Positions 50,718 to 61,167 are shown, numbered from the stretch's first letter. The stretch: DNA of 64,000 bases from an uncultured archaeon (GCA_963799775.1 CAWCYD010000003.1:1024001-1088000), one strand, 5' to 3'. The notes: generated from the sequence alone by a model not told the origin. Made by a program: numbers and translations.

Positions 50718-50837
50718 GAATAGACCAGCAGTTCAAGATGGTGACCATATAACCTTTGTTTCCAGATGGAGATTTTCTCTTTTTCGACAATGCGCGACTT
50801 TCTTCTCGGCGGACTTCGCGCCGACTCACGCCGGCTT

Positions 50838-51560
50838 TCAGACCGCACCGGGGGCCTTGTCGCTCGTCGTCGACGTGGGGGTCTTCTTCGGGCGCATCAC
50901 GATAGCGACCCCGACGACGATGATTCCTAGGCCCAAGACGCCGAACCCGACGTAGTTGGGCGAAGCACCGGGCGGTACCCCGTTCTGCACGAGCATGTAG
51001 CCGATGTTCGTCTGGTTGTCCTCAGGCCTGTAGAAGTTCACGGGCGGGTTGAGGTAGATTTGCGCGTCGACTCTAAGAGTGATGTTCGCAAGCGCCTCCT
51101 GCCCCTGGCCGAGGCCTGTGTTCGCCGGCGTGAGAGGCAGCGTGATGTTGACCGGCCCCCAGGCCTGGCCAGAGCGTAGCTGCAAGGCCCCAAGGTTCTC
51201 GGCCGCTTCGTTGCCGCTCACTCCGACCGTCCCCGAGAGGCTCTTCCCGTTGCTCAGAGAGAAGAGCAAGGTAATGTTGTAGCTGTCCAGGAAGTTCATC
51301 AGTCCCGTGAAGCTGTTGACGCTCATCTTGACTGGAATGGTGAGGTTTTCGTCCACCTGGGTTGTCTGTGGGACTCCGTAGAACACGGTGAAGGTCCCCG
51401 TCCCCTGGCCGTAAGGGTCGACCAAGCTGATGTTGACTTCTCGGTTCAAAGGGATGTCGGCTCTCGCCTGGCTCATCGTCCCAAGCAGGAGGAGGCACAA
51501 TAGGGAACCGACGGAAACGAGTCTTGCAACCTCTCTTCGGCGTCTTGCCTTCTCGTTCAT
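50838..51560 (-). CDS. Exported beta-rich protein with C-terminal TM anchor
   Basis: Signal peptide MNEKARRRR..ARA, N-glycosylation sequons, C-terminal hydrophobic helix plus RPKK. Confidence 0.7.
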   Translation of the reverse strand: MNEKARRRREVARLVSVGSLLCLLLLGTMSQARADIPLNREVNISLVDPYGQGTGTFTVFYGVPQTTQVDENLTIPVKMSVNSFTGLMNFLDSYNITLLFSLSNGKSLSGTVGVSGNEAAENLGALQLRSGQAWGPVNITLPLTPANTGLGQGQEALANITLRVDAQIYLNPPVNFYRPEDNQTNIGYMLVQNGVPPGASPNYVGFGVLGLGIIVVGVAIVMRPKKTPTSTTSDKAPGAV

Positions 51561-51580
51561 TCTAGAGCAACTCGGGCCGG

Positions 51581-53147
51581 CTAGAGGCTCGCTGCCTCTG
51601 TGAAGGTGAGGTTGGGAAAGTCCTGGTTGATCTGGTTCTGGGCGTTGGTCAGGGCCTCCTGGGGCGTCTCCGAGCCGGTCCAAGCGTTGTTCAGATGCAC
51701 CGAGAGAGGGACCAAGACATTCAGCCATTGAGGAAAGGGCGTAAGCGCGGTGGTGCCGGTAGACCACGCCTGCTTCGCGACATTGAACGCGGATAGAGCG
51801 CCCGTGCTGATCTCGTTCTGAACCTCCTGCACACTGAGGACCGAGGTCAGTGGTGGGGAAGATGTGGTATTGACCGAGGAGCATCTGCTCCTGCACGCCC
51901 ATGCACGTCGCCCATTGGATCCAGAGATACGCGGCTTCTGGACGATTGGAGAACGCCGAGACCCCGAGCCCAGCCCCTCCGTAGGTCGAGAACGACCCGT
52001 TGGGGCCTGCTGGGTTGAGAGTTGGCACGAACTGCCCTGCCGCGAGCGGCGAGCGCTGGGGGTCGTTGAGCCAGTTGTAGTAGTCGTGCCAGAGGACCGC
52101 CGTCGCCGATGTGCCTTGGGCAAGGGATGTGAACTGGTCGGTCCATGTGAAGCTGTGCGAGCCCGGGTCCGCGTATTGCGCGAACCTCACGTAGTTTTCG
52201 AGGGCCGCAAGGCACTCGCTGCTCTCAAAGTTGGGGGAGATGTTGTTCCCATCGATTGTCCACAAGCTTCCCCCGAAGCTGGCAAGGTGGTTGAGGAACT
52301 CGTAGACTATCGAGACGTCCGCGTTCGCCATGCTGACCGAGGCGAAGGCAGTCCCGTTCCCTCCCAGCTTCTGGCACTGCTGGTAATACTCGTCCCAAGT
52401 CGTTGGCGCGGAGAATCCGAGCTTGTCGTAGATGTCCTTCCTGTAGAACAGGACCATCACGGGCGCATCGAGTGGGAACAGATTGAAGTTGGTGCGTGAG
52501 GCAATCGTGGTGCTGGTCGCGGTTCCTGTCGCCGCGATGGGCGGTGGATATGAGGCCACGTAGTCCCACACCGTGTTCGAGAAGTCGCTTGTATTGTATT
52601 TCGGGTAGGTCAGCTCGGGATACGTCTGGGCCAATTTCACCGGAGAGATGATCCCGTTCTCGAATGAGGCGATGTTCTGGTTGTCGATGCTGAAGACGTC
52701 GTAGGAGGGGCTCTTGGTGCTCACGGCAAGGGTGACCTCCTCCAGTTGGACCAGGTAGGGGACGGGGTTGTAGCCTGCAGAGATGCCGCTGTATTGGAAG
52801 AAGGTCGGGTCGAGAGCCTCGAGAGCATATGGGGCGAACTCTGCCTCCAAGGAAGTAACAACAGTCTTGGAAGGCACCTTGTCTACGACGCTCTGCATCC
52901 ACTCCAAGAAGTCAAGGTAGTCCGGCAGGAGGTTCGAGGCGGAAGAAATCGTCGTTGTTGTGGAAAGAATCTTGTTGATGCCCGCATTTGGGTTGACCTG
53001 TAGCCCGTATATGCCAAGGTCTGCCGCGCCCGCTGCAATCAGCGCGCCGCCTGCCGCGCCGAGCGCCAATCGCAGGAAGTTCCTGCGCGAAGTCCTCCTG
53101 ACTGCCGGTTTCTTAGGAGGGGTCTGGGCCTCGGTTGGACTAGACAT
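51581..53147 (-). CDS. Tat-exported carbohydrate ABC substrate-binding protein, frameshift near 51850
   Basis: SRRNFL, LFYRKDI, PTTWDE, GLGVS, EAAY.WIQW; shifted frame ends TPQEAL. Confidence 0.85.
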
Positions 53148-53284
53148 CGGCTAAAATCAGCGACTGAGACGCGTCAACCGCGGCGTAATAATGTTTGTCC
53201 ACGTTTGAGGATTGACACTGTCAAGGGTCCAGGCGGATGCACCTGCTTACAGGTTGGCTCGATACTGGATGGCCCTGGAGGTGG

Positions 53285-53833
53285 CTAGTGGGTCGACGTC
53301 TTCGTCGTTGTTGTAGAGGACTGGAACTGGAACCCGCCTCCCTTGCAGGCGAGTTTCGGAGCAGAATAGGAGTGTCCGCCGTTGCGCAGGGTGTTGACAG
53401 TGACGGTGGTGTTCTGGCCTACCTTGTAGGGCGCGGGCCAGCAACCAATGAACGCGCTGAAGGTGCCATAGGACGTCGAGATGGTGAGTCGGGCATTGGG
53501 GCTGGCAGAATTTGACTGAGTGGTCAATTGTACGGAGGCGTTGTTGATGCCCGTAATGATGCCGGTTGTGGTGCTCGTCGAGACCACGGCGGTCGCATAT
53601 GGCGAATCCTCGATGTAGTAGTAGGTCGAGCCGACCACCAACAGGACAACAATAACGGAGGTCACGATCAGGATCTTCCTGCGCCTCGCCTTTCGCTCCT
53701 TCGCCTTGCGGATTCTCTCGGCCGCTTCGTCCTTCGGGGGAGGAGGCGGAGGGGCATTGGTACCCGCTCCATACTGCCCTGGGAGTCCCGCCCGGAGAAG
53801 ATCCATTCGGTGCGTGGAGCGCCGGAGTGACAC
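53285..53833 (-). CDS. Single-pass membrane protein with small beta domain (2 Cys)
   Basis: Pro run, basic stretch, one TM, Thr-rich ectodomain. Confidence 0.65.
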   Translation of the reverse strand: MSLRRSTHRMDLLRAGLPGQYGAGTNAPPPPPPKDEAAERIRKAKERKARRRKILIVTSVIVVLLVVGSTYYYIEDSPYATAVVSTSTTTGIITGINNASVQLTTQSNSASPNARLTISTSYGTFSAFIGCWPAPYKVGQNTTVTVNTLRNGGHSYSAPKLACKGGGFQFQSSTTTTKTSTH

Positions 53834-53907
53834 TTAAAATCGTTTCTTTCGGCGCTTGCAGAACTCATATATCACCCACGCAGGCTCCCACATAGGCAGC
53901 TCCCTCA

Positions 53908-55048
53908 ATGGTCGAGATCAGGGTCGAGGGCGTCCGGAAGAGCTACGGAAAGACGGAGGTTCTTGACGGCATCACGTTCACTGTCGGCGACGGCGAGTTC
54001 GCCGTGCTCCTCGGTCCATCCGGATGCGGGAAGACAACACTGCTTCGGTGCGTCGCTGGGCTGGAGAAGGTGGACAAGGGCGAGATCTACATCGGCGGCG
54101 AGCTTGCGAACGACCTTCTGCCCAGGGAGAGGGACCTTGCGATGGTCTTCCAGAGTTTTTCTCTCTTCCCGACCATGAACGTGCGCGAGAACATCGCCTT
54201 CCCCCTCAAGGTCAGGGGCGTGTCACAGCAGGCAGCCGATGAGAAGGTCAGAGAGGTCGCGAAGATCCTAGGAATCGAGCCCCTGCTTGACAAGCCCCCC
54301 AGACAGATCAGCGGCGGAGAACAGCAAAGGGTCGCCATCGGCAGGGCCATCGCGCGCGAGCCGAAGGCCTTTCTCATGGACGAGCCTCTCAGCAGCTTGG
54401 ACGCCCCTCTGAGGGCCCAGCTCAGGTCAGAGCTGAAGCGCATCCAGAGAGAGATCGGCGTGACGACGCTCTACGTGACCCACGACCAGGCAGAGGCCCT
54501 GGCCCTGGCGGACAAGATAGGCGTGCTCAATAAGGGGTCGCTCCTCCAGTACGGGCCCCCTCTGAGCGTCTTCGGGAGCCCGTCGTCGGCCTTCGTCGCG
54601 AGGTTCGTGGGCGACCCGCAGGCGAACATCCTCAATGTCTCGCTCGTGTCTGGAAGCTCCCCCGGAGAGTATGTCCTTCAGGCCGAGGGGTTCCGCCTCC
54701 CTGTGTCTGCTGGGATGGGGAGCACCATCAGTCAAAGCGCAAAGTCGCCGGGGAAGTCTAGCGAAGAACAGGCGCACATGCAGGTCGCGATCAGGCCAGA
54801 GGACATCCAGCTCGTCCCGACCCGCGACTCGGACGAGCTAGTCGAGGCTAAGGTGCTCCTCGACGAGCCCCTTACGCTCTACAGGATCGTCACTGTCAAA
54901 GTAGGAGACGGGGAGGTGAGCCTCGGCGAACATGAAGGTCCTTGTGGGGAAAGACGTGAAAGTGACCCAGGGGCAGCAAGTCTGGCTCAGGTTCAACCCA
55001 AGCAAATTCCACCTCTTCGACCGCGCGACGGGAAACCTAAGAGCCTAG
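53908..55048 (+). CDS. Carbohydrate ABC ATP-binding protein (MalK-like), frameshift near 54925
   Basis: GPSGCGKTT, SGGEQQRVA, YVTHDQ; shifted frame ends FHLFDRATGNLRA. Confidence 0.9.
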
Positions 55049-55098
55049 TCGTGGTTCGACGGGTCTGAGCCCGCGCTGTGGACTCTTCCAGACCTTGC

Positions 55099-57750
55099 TC
55101 AGGTAGGCGCCACGCCAGGCCCGACTCGCTTGCGAGTGAGCACCATCGCTCCCGCGATCACTGCGAGTATGACGACCGCGCCCACGAGGGCATAGAAGGC
55201 GTCGCTGTAGACGCCTATTCCAGACACGGTGGTCGTCTGGGGCCCCGTGCTGCTGCTGCTAGACCCTGATCCCAGTGAGAGCGAAATCACATCTCCCGGC
55301 ACGATGTACCCATGGCCGAGCGGCCCGTGGAGGCCTACCTCGCCTAGCACGGCGTGCTGAGTGCCTCCGAAGGTCAGGAGCAGGTGCATGTTCCCTGCGC
55401 CGTCGGGTGCGATGCTCATGGGTGCGAGCAGAGGCAGCCCGAAGTTGATGTCGCGTATCACTTGGCCGTTGCTGGCGTCCAAGAAGATCAGCTGGCCGTC
55501 AGGCCATTGGGTGATGAGCATCCCGCCGGTGGCTAGGACACCGCCTCTGTAGTAGATCCCTCTCGTGTAGTTCCAGACTACCTGACCGGTGGCCGGGTTG
55601 AGGGCGAGCACGGTCGCGTTCGTCGGCATTGTCCCTGCGAAGTAGAGGTCCGTATCGAACGTCAGGCCGGAGGTGCCCTTGTAGTTGACGTCGCTGATGA
55701 AGTCGTGCTCCATGGGGCCGTCCTGAACGACGACGTAGAAGTACTTGCCATCGTAGGCGTTCTCAGACTCCATCAGATACCTCGCCTCGGTGAATCCCTT
55801 CTTCGAGGCTTCCAGTGATGGGCAGGAAGGCACCGAGGAAGAGATGCTCGTCGAGAACTCCGGGCATCCCAGATTCGTCCCCACTCCCGCCAAGGCTTGG
55901 CACTGGGCAGTCGTACCTATCGGACACGTGAACTGCATCATCTCAGTGTTGTTTAGTGGGTTGAAGTCGACGCTGCCCCTGTATGGGCTGGGGGACACAT
56001 AGCCGTGTGGATGCGGGTTGGTCCCCTGCATCTTCAGAGTCCCGGTGTCATACGCATGGTAGATCTTGTCCCAAGCCGCTCCATAGTTGCAGCTCGTGAC
56101 ATTGGTCGCGCTGCATTCGAAGGGCTGAGATAAAGCGGAAGTCCCTGACGAGGAGCCTACGGTGCTCTGGTTCGGCATCGTAGTGTCGAGGATCCAGACG
56201 GGTGCGCCGGTTATCTCGTTTATCCCGTACACGACGCCGCCCTTGCAAGCCTTCAACACCATCGGGTTGTTGTTGACGTTAGCCATCGTCACGTTGAGGT
56301 TGCAGTCTTGGTCGTTGATGTCCTTCGCGACGGTCTTGTCGACCCAGATGATGCTGCCGTTCGTCAAGCTCAATGACACGATCGAGTCGGCCAACAGGTT
56401 CGGGCCTGTGCGGAAGGTAGAGTTCCAGTCGGGAGCTGCCTGTGAGGTTCCCATGATGAAAGTGCCGTGGGCGTCATCTAGCGCGAAATTACCCCAGCTG
56501 TTGCTCATTCCGCTGCTAGGGCCTATGGTCGTGTTCCATGCAGCCTGGTTGGCCGGGAACTGCCAGTCGTTCTGAATTAGGCTCTGCGTTAGGTCCGAGC
56601 AAGGTACCCCAGCAATCCAGACGTGAGGATTCTTGCAGATATTTACTGAAAAGTTGGGCGTGCTGCCGTCGAGTGCGGGGAACTCGAATGTTCTCCATAG
56701 AAGGCTGCTGCCCGAGGAACAAACTCCTCCGGCCGACGTTGTGCACGGACCCCCGTTGACGCCGTCTAGGCTAGTCGACATGTTTGCGGTGCAGTTGTCC
56801 CCTGGATTGGTGTACTTGCCGGTGGTTGCGTTCAGGTTCAAGGCGTCCGATAGACTGCATCCTTCGACGAACGCTCTGCCTTGACCCGTGCCCTCCGCCG
56901 ATCCACCGCCATACTCTAGAATGACGTTGTGCGCGGCGTCCACTTGGATCTCTGCGTCGCCGTACGGGTAGTACTGCCCGGTACCTGTCGTCGGCCTGAC
57001 GTTTCCAGGGATGTTGTCACAGAGCCCTGTTAGGTTCGCCCTGAGCTGGTAAGTGTTCGCGTCCCAGCCCTGAAGCTGGCAACCGAATCCTGGGACCCAG
57101 ATGATCCCGTCGACTAGATTGACACCATGAAGATGTCCTGGACCGTATCCTGGCGCTATCGGTTCCTTGGCGAAATACGCCCAGTCCATGCTTGGGAAGT
57201 CAGAGCCGAGGAGCTTGCCAGTCGCGAGATCGATGGCATAAACAGAGAGACCATTTGTGACCACGTATCCCACTCCACCAGAGGTTACAACAGGTGCCTG
57301 GGTTCCTTCCAGGCCTGTGCTGTAGACGAGCCCTGGGAAACGGCACTGCGATGTCCCGTTGACGTAGTTGCAGGGACCCCATGCGGGCGTGCTGCTCCAG
57401 ATGCTAGGTATCGGGAAGATGTATGAAGTCTGAAGGTTCCCTACGTTACTCGATGTGATCTGCGTCTGTGGCGAGTAGTTCCAGCCATTAGTCCCATAGG
57501 TGCCGGGACCCGTGTCCTCTGTCCAATCTAGGCTGCCCCCCGAGGAGCTAGAAGAGCTGGAGTTGGTCGTGGTTGTCGCGAGAGGCGAAGTCCCAAGGGG
57601 GACGGAAGCCTGCGCCAACGCGTTAGTGCTGCCTTGGGTGGATCCGGCTGCGCTCTGAACGAGCGGGACGCCGACCACGGAAGCCATCAGAAGCAATCCA
57701 GTGATTGCGAAGCAAGAAAACGCAGAGATTCGAGTAGACTGTGAACCCAT
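55099..57750 (-). CDS. Membrane-anchored PQQ-dehydrogenase-fold beta-propeller protein, His/Cys-rich
   Basis: YSP..QI...NV..L, YAIDLATGK, SWG..ALD, APDW...R.GPNL..DSIV, KDINDQD, ALNPATGQVVW, GGVLAT.G; signal peptide and C-terminal TM. Confidence 0.82.
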   Translation of the reverse strand: MGSQSTRISAFSCFAITGLLLMASVVGVPLVQSAAGSTQGSTNALAQASVPLGTSPLATTTTNSSSSSSSGGSLDWTEDTGPGTYGTNGWNYSPQTQITSSNVGNLQTSYIFPIPSIWSSTPAWGPCNYVNGTSQCRFPGLVYSTGLEGTQAPVVTSGGVGYVVTNGLSVYAIDLATGKLLGSDFPSMDWAYFAKEPIAPGYGPGHLHGVNLVDGIIWVPGFGCQLQGWDANTYQLRANLTGLCDNIPGNVRPTTGTGQYYPYGDAEIQVDAAHNVILEYGGGSAEGTGQGRAFVEGCSLSDALNLNATTGKYTNPGDNCTANMSTSLDGVNGGPCTTSAGGVCSSGSSLLWRTFEFPALDGSTPNFSVNICKNPHVWIAGVPCSDLTQSLIQNDWQFPANQAAWNTTIGPSSGMSNSWGNFALDDAHGTFIMGTSQAAPDWNSTFRTGPNLLADSIVSLSLTNGSIIWVDKTVAKDINDQDCNLNVTMANVNNNPMVLKACKGGVVYGINEITGAPVWILDTTMPNQSTVGSSSGTSALSQPFECSATNVTSCNYGAAWDKIYHAYDTGTLKMQGTNPHPHGYVSPSPYRGSVDFNPLNNTEMMQFTCPIGTTAQCQALAGVGTNLGCPEFSTSISSSVPSCPSLEASKKGFTEARYLMESENAYDGKYFYVVVQDGPMEHDFISDVNYKGTSGLTFDTDLYFAGTMPTNATVLALNPATGQVVWNYTRGIYYRGGVLATGGMLITQWPDGQLIFLDASNGQVIRDINFGLPLLAPMSIAPDGAGNMHLLLTFGGTQHAVLGEVGLHGPLGHGYIVPGDVISLSLGSGSSSSSTGPQTTTVSGIGVYSDAFYALVGAVVILAVIAGAMVLTRKRVGPGVAPT

Positions 57751-57988
57751 GCTGTGCTACGTGAACCGAGAATTTCTGTATTTAAATTTGCCTAAATTCT
57801 CCGAAGCGTATCTGAACTCCGGGGCGCCGCAGAAAACCGAGCCAATCAGTCCCCGATTTGCGCTGCTTCTGGGATGGGGGGCGAAATAGAACTCCCGCTA
57901 GAACCTTGGGTGAGCGGCTTGTTGCAGAAAAGAGCAAGCGTTCGAGCTTTGCTATCGGTACGGGACTGGAGGATGACTTGGGATAGGC

Positions 57989-58003
57989 AAGAAAAAAGGA
58001 AGG
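57989..58003 (-). terminator. Oligo-T terminator
   Basis: CCTTCCTTTTTTCTT immediately after the stop of 58004..61078. Confidence 0.55.
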
Positions 58004-61000
58004 TTAGGCGCTTGGTCTCCTGCGGAGAACGACCAGAGCGCCTGCGACGATAGCGAGGATAGCTGCGACGCCTACTGCCCCGTAGAATGCGAGGTTGGAG
58101 ACGCCAGATGTGCCGATGCTAGTTGTCACGATAGAGGTAGCGGTCACCGTTGCAGAACCACTGACCACTGAGGTCGTGGTGAATGTCGAAGTGGTGACTG
58201 AGCCGCCTGAACCAGTGATTGTTGTTACACCAGTGCTAGTGACTGTTTGAGTTGTTGTTGTTACGACCGTTGATGCTGCTGTTGCTGGACCTAGGACGTA
58301 CGAGATGATGCCGCCGGTGGTCACTTGTCCGCGACCAAGAGCGCCATGGATGCTCGGGTTGCCCAGGTTGCCGTGGTTAGCTCCGCCGTAGCTGACGAGT
58401 ATGTGCATTACGCCATTCGCGTCAGGTGCGATGCTGTTCGGCGCCAAGAGTGGGATACCCACGTTGATGTCTCTCAGAAGGGCGCCCGTCTGTTCATTAA
58501 TGAAGTCGAGGTGCCCGTCTGGGTACGCGGCCATTACCATTCCACCGAACGTGAGGACTGAGCCTCTGTAGTAGATTGGCCTCTGGAAGTACCAGAGAAG
58601 TTGGCCGGTTGAGATTTGGATTGCCCACACTGTGGAGTTGGATTGCTGGAGACCTGCGAAGTACAGAGAGATGCCCGAGACGTTGCCGGACTGGCCTTGC
58701 TTCGCCACATCACCGATCCAGTCGTGTTCGGCTGGACCTGTCATGGCTGAAGTGACCCAGATTCCGGTTGACGGGTCGATCGAAGTCTCTGTCTCACCTA
58801 TGTACCTCTCCTCGTAGTATCCATTGCCCTTGCCCTGGACGTCCGCAGCAATGCATGCTGCATGGGAGCCTGTTGGGCAGGTGAACCCTGGGTTGCACGA
58901 GTTGTTGGTTGTTCCAACGCCTGTACACGTGCCTACCTCAGTGTTGTTCAATGGGTCGAGGTTGGGTGAGCCTCTCATGAGGCCTCCGTTGATGAATCCG
59001 TGCGGATGCGGGTTGGTACCCTGCATCTTGATGGCGTTCGCGCCGCCCAACCAGTTGTTGGGGTAGCTCGAGTTTTCGTTGATTCTGTGAGCGATCGCAT
59101 CCCAGATCTTGCCTGAGTCGCAAGCAGTCGCGTTAGTCGCGCTGCAGAGCAACGGGCGTGACATTTGAGATGTCGTTGCGGAGTTGATTGTCGTGTAGTC
59201 TGGCATAGATGGATCGATCCACCACAGGGGTTGCCCTGTAATGGCGTTCATTGCGTATCCAACTCCCGACTTGCACTGCTTGATGAAGACGCCGCCGCCG
59301 TTGGGCATCAGTCCGCCACTAGGCAGGGGCAAGTTCATCGGTATGTCGTTGATCGGTGTTGCACTGTATTGGGATCCTTGGTTGTTCGTACCTACGCCGG
59401 ATATGGTTTCGACCGAGCCTGTATTGACGGTCGAGCCGCCGCCGGTGACGTACGCTGTTGGGTTGTTAGCGCTTCCCGCGGGACCAAGCGACGTGAAGAC
59501 TGTGTTAAGGTTACAGTCTTGGTCGTTGATGTCCTTGGTGAAGCTCTTGTTGCTCCATAGGATTGCACCGTTGCTCAAGTTGAACGCGACGTCAGCATTA
59601 CAGAATATGCTGAAGCCCATACGGAGGGTGTCGTTCCAGTCGGGTCCGGTGTCACCGGTGCCCTCTGCAATGATGTTATCCTTCGGGTCGATTGCCAGCT
59701 GTCCCCAGACGTTGCTGCAACCAGTGCTCGGGAAGACTGCGTCTCCCTGATCCTGTGATACAGCTAGGTCGGGCCTCTGGCCGTCGGCCGCGATGATGTT
59801 GGCGTTAACCGCCATAATTGCAGAACATGGAACGCCTGCGATCCATATGATGTTCGGGGTATGTGTGCAGTACGGAACTGCAAAGTTGGGGTTGGCTCCT
59901 GAATATGCCGGCATGGTGAATGTTCTCCAGAGCATGGTGCTACCGGACGAGCAAACGCCTCCTGAGACGGTGTTGCACGCACCGCCGGAACTACTATCAG
60001 TGTAGTTCGGCGCGCAGGTAGAGCCAGTTCCTGGCACATACTGCGAGAGTGCGAGCGATAGGCTGCACGCGTAGGTAAAGGCGGGGAATCCGCCGCTGCC
60101 TTCGCTAGAGCCAGACGCCCAGAAGACGATCTCGTTGTCCCACGGAACGACCTGGACGGGTCCATTGCCGTTGCTGGTCATCTTTCCAGAGCCTGCAACC
60201 GGGTGGATGCTTCCAGGTACCGGGTTCGCTGCGCTTCCGCACATGCCGGTCAGGTTAGCAACGAGTGCTCCCGTCGCTACTTGCCAGCCGAGGATGCTGC
60301 AGCCGAATCCGCCTACCCACGCGACGTCACCGACTGAACCACCGACGTTAACGATGTTCCAGGAGTGGTCGTGGGTAGGTCCGCCAGACGCCATCGGGTT
60401 CTTTAGCCATGCTGTGAAGTCATTTGCATTGAACATCTCGCTCACCGAGCCGATACATGGAGTCGGAGAACCAGCAGGCAGCGCCTTCGCTGCAGCTGCG
60501 ATTACCGAGCCCAATGATTGACCAGTGCCAACTGTGCAGCTAGTAGGTGTCGGCTGAGACAGTGTTGCCCCAGCGGCGGCGCCCGTAGCCAAGTTGAACG
60601 CGAAGATGTCCAGATAGTTGGTGAGTGTGTATCCTATTCCGTTAGACGTGAGCGTTGCTACCTGCGTTCCCTCGGAATTGCCTGAGTATGTTAGCCCAGG
60701 AACTCTTGTTGCGAACGGAGTAGAGGAGCTCAGCGTGCTAGGGATTGGGAAGATGTACGAGACTTGCAGCTGTCCAATGTTCGCCGAAGTAATTTGCGTC
60801 TCCGGTGAGTAGTTGGATGTGCAGCTTAGAGTCTGTGTATTGCACCCTCGTGTACCTCCAGTTCCCTCAGTCCAGTCGAGCGACGAGTTGTACGCAGTCG
60901 CACCCGGCAAGATTGTCGGGGCTACTGGTGCTAACGGCGCCGTTGCGATTGAAGAGGGGGTAGAGGCGGTCGCGGCCTTGCTGTTGGCAATGCCGAAAAC

Positions 61001-61078
61001 GGGGGAGTTGACCATTGAAGAGCATAGAAGGATTGTTGATATTGCTATCGAAGTTAGTAGAGTTGCCTTTGTTTTCAT
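58004..61078 (-). CDS. Membrane-anchored PQQ-dehydrogenase-fold beta-propeller protein, paralog of 55099..57750
   Basis: Shared blocks SYIFPIPS, WRTF, WIAGVPCS, KDINDQDCNLN, KMQGTNPHPHG, IYYRG, PLLAP; Ser/Thr stalk and C-terminal TM. Confidence 0.82.
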   Translation of the reverse strand: MKTKATLLTSIAISTILLCSSMVNSPVFGIANSKAATASTPSSIATAPLAPVAPTILPGATAYNSSLDWTEGTGGTRGCNTQTLSCTSNYSPETQITSANIGQLQVSYIFPIPSTLSSSTPFATRVPGLTYSGNSEGTQVATLTSNGIGYTLTNYLDIFAFNLATGAAAGATLSQPTPTSCTVGTGQSLGSVIAAAAKALPAGSPTPCIGSVSEMFNANDFTAWLKNPMASGGPTHDHSWNIVNVGGSVGDVAWVGGFGCSILGWQVATGALVANLTGMCGSAANPVPGSIHPVAGSGKMTSNGNGPVQVVPWDNEIVFWASGSSEGSGGFPAFTYACSLSLALSQYVPGTGSTCAPNYTDSSSGGACNTVSGGVCSSGSTMLWRTFTMPAYSGANPNFAVPYCTHTPNIIWIAGVPCSAIMAVNANIIAADGQRPDLAVSQDQGDAVFPSTGCSNVWGQLAIDPKDNIIAEGTGDTGPDWNDTLRMGFSIFCNADVAFNLSNGAILWSNKSFTKDINDQDCNLNTVFTSLGPAGSANNPTAYVTGGGSTVNTGSVETISGVGTNNQGSQYSATPINDIPMNLPLPSGGLMPNGGGVFIKQCKSGVGYAMNAITGQPLWWIDPSMPDYTTINSATTSQMSRPLLCSATNATACDSGKIWDAIAHRINENSSYPNNWLGGANAIKMQGTNPHPHGFINGGLMRGSPNLDPLNNTEVGTCTGVGTTNNSCNPGFTCPTGSHAACIAADVQGKGNGYYEERYIGETETSIDPSTGIWVTSAMTGPAEHDWIGDVAKQGQSGNVSGISLYFAGLQQSNSTVWAIQISTGQLLWYFQRPIYYRGSVLTFGGMVMAAYPDGHLDFINEQTGALLRDINVGIPLLAPNSIAPDANGVMHILVSYGGANHGNLGNPSIHGALGRGQVTTGGIISYVLGPATAASTVVTTTTQTVTSTGVTTITGSGGSVTTSTFTTTSVVSGSATVTATSIVTTSIGTSGVSNLAFYGAVGVAAILAIVAGALVVLRRRPSA

Positions 61079-61123
61079 CCTTGTTCTACAGTAAACGAAT
61101 ATTGTCTATTTAACTCTAGCGAC

Positions 61124-61167
61124 AAATCTGCAAATTTATTGAATCCTTAACAGGAGGATGCAGATTT
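61124..61167. repeat. Intergenic inverted repeat
   Basis: AAATCTGCA (61124-61132) and TGCAGATTT (61159-61167). Confidence 0.5.

Noticed and set aside
50838-53147. 769-aa ORF as a binding protein fused to a membrane-anchored domain
   Set aside because: A frameshift near 51850 joins two genes; the SBP C-terminus is in another frame ending at 51581, and the second gene has its own signal peptide.
58100-58290. Thr/Val/Ser repeat-like DNA
   Set aside because: Low-complexity stalk coding sequence, not an independent repeat.
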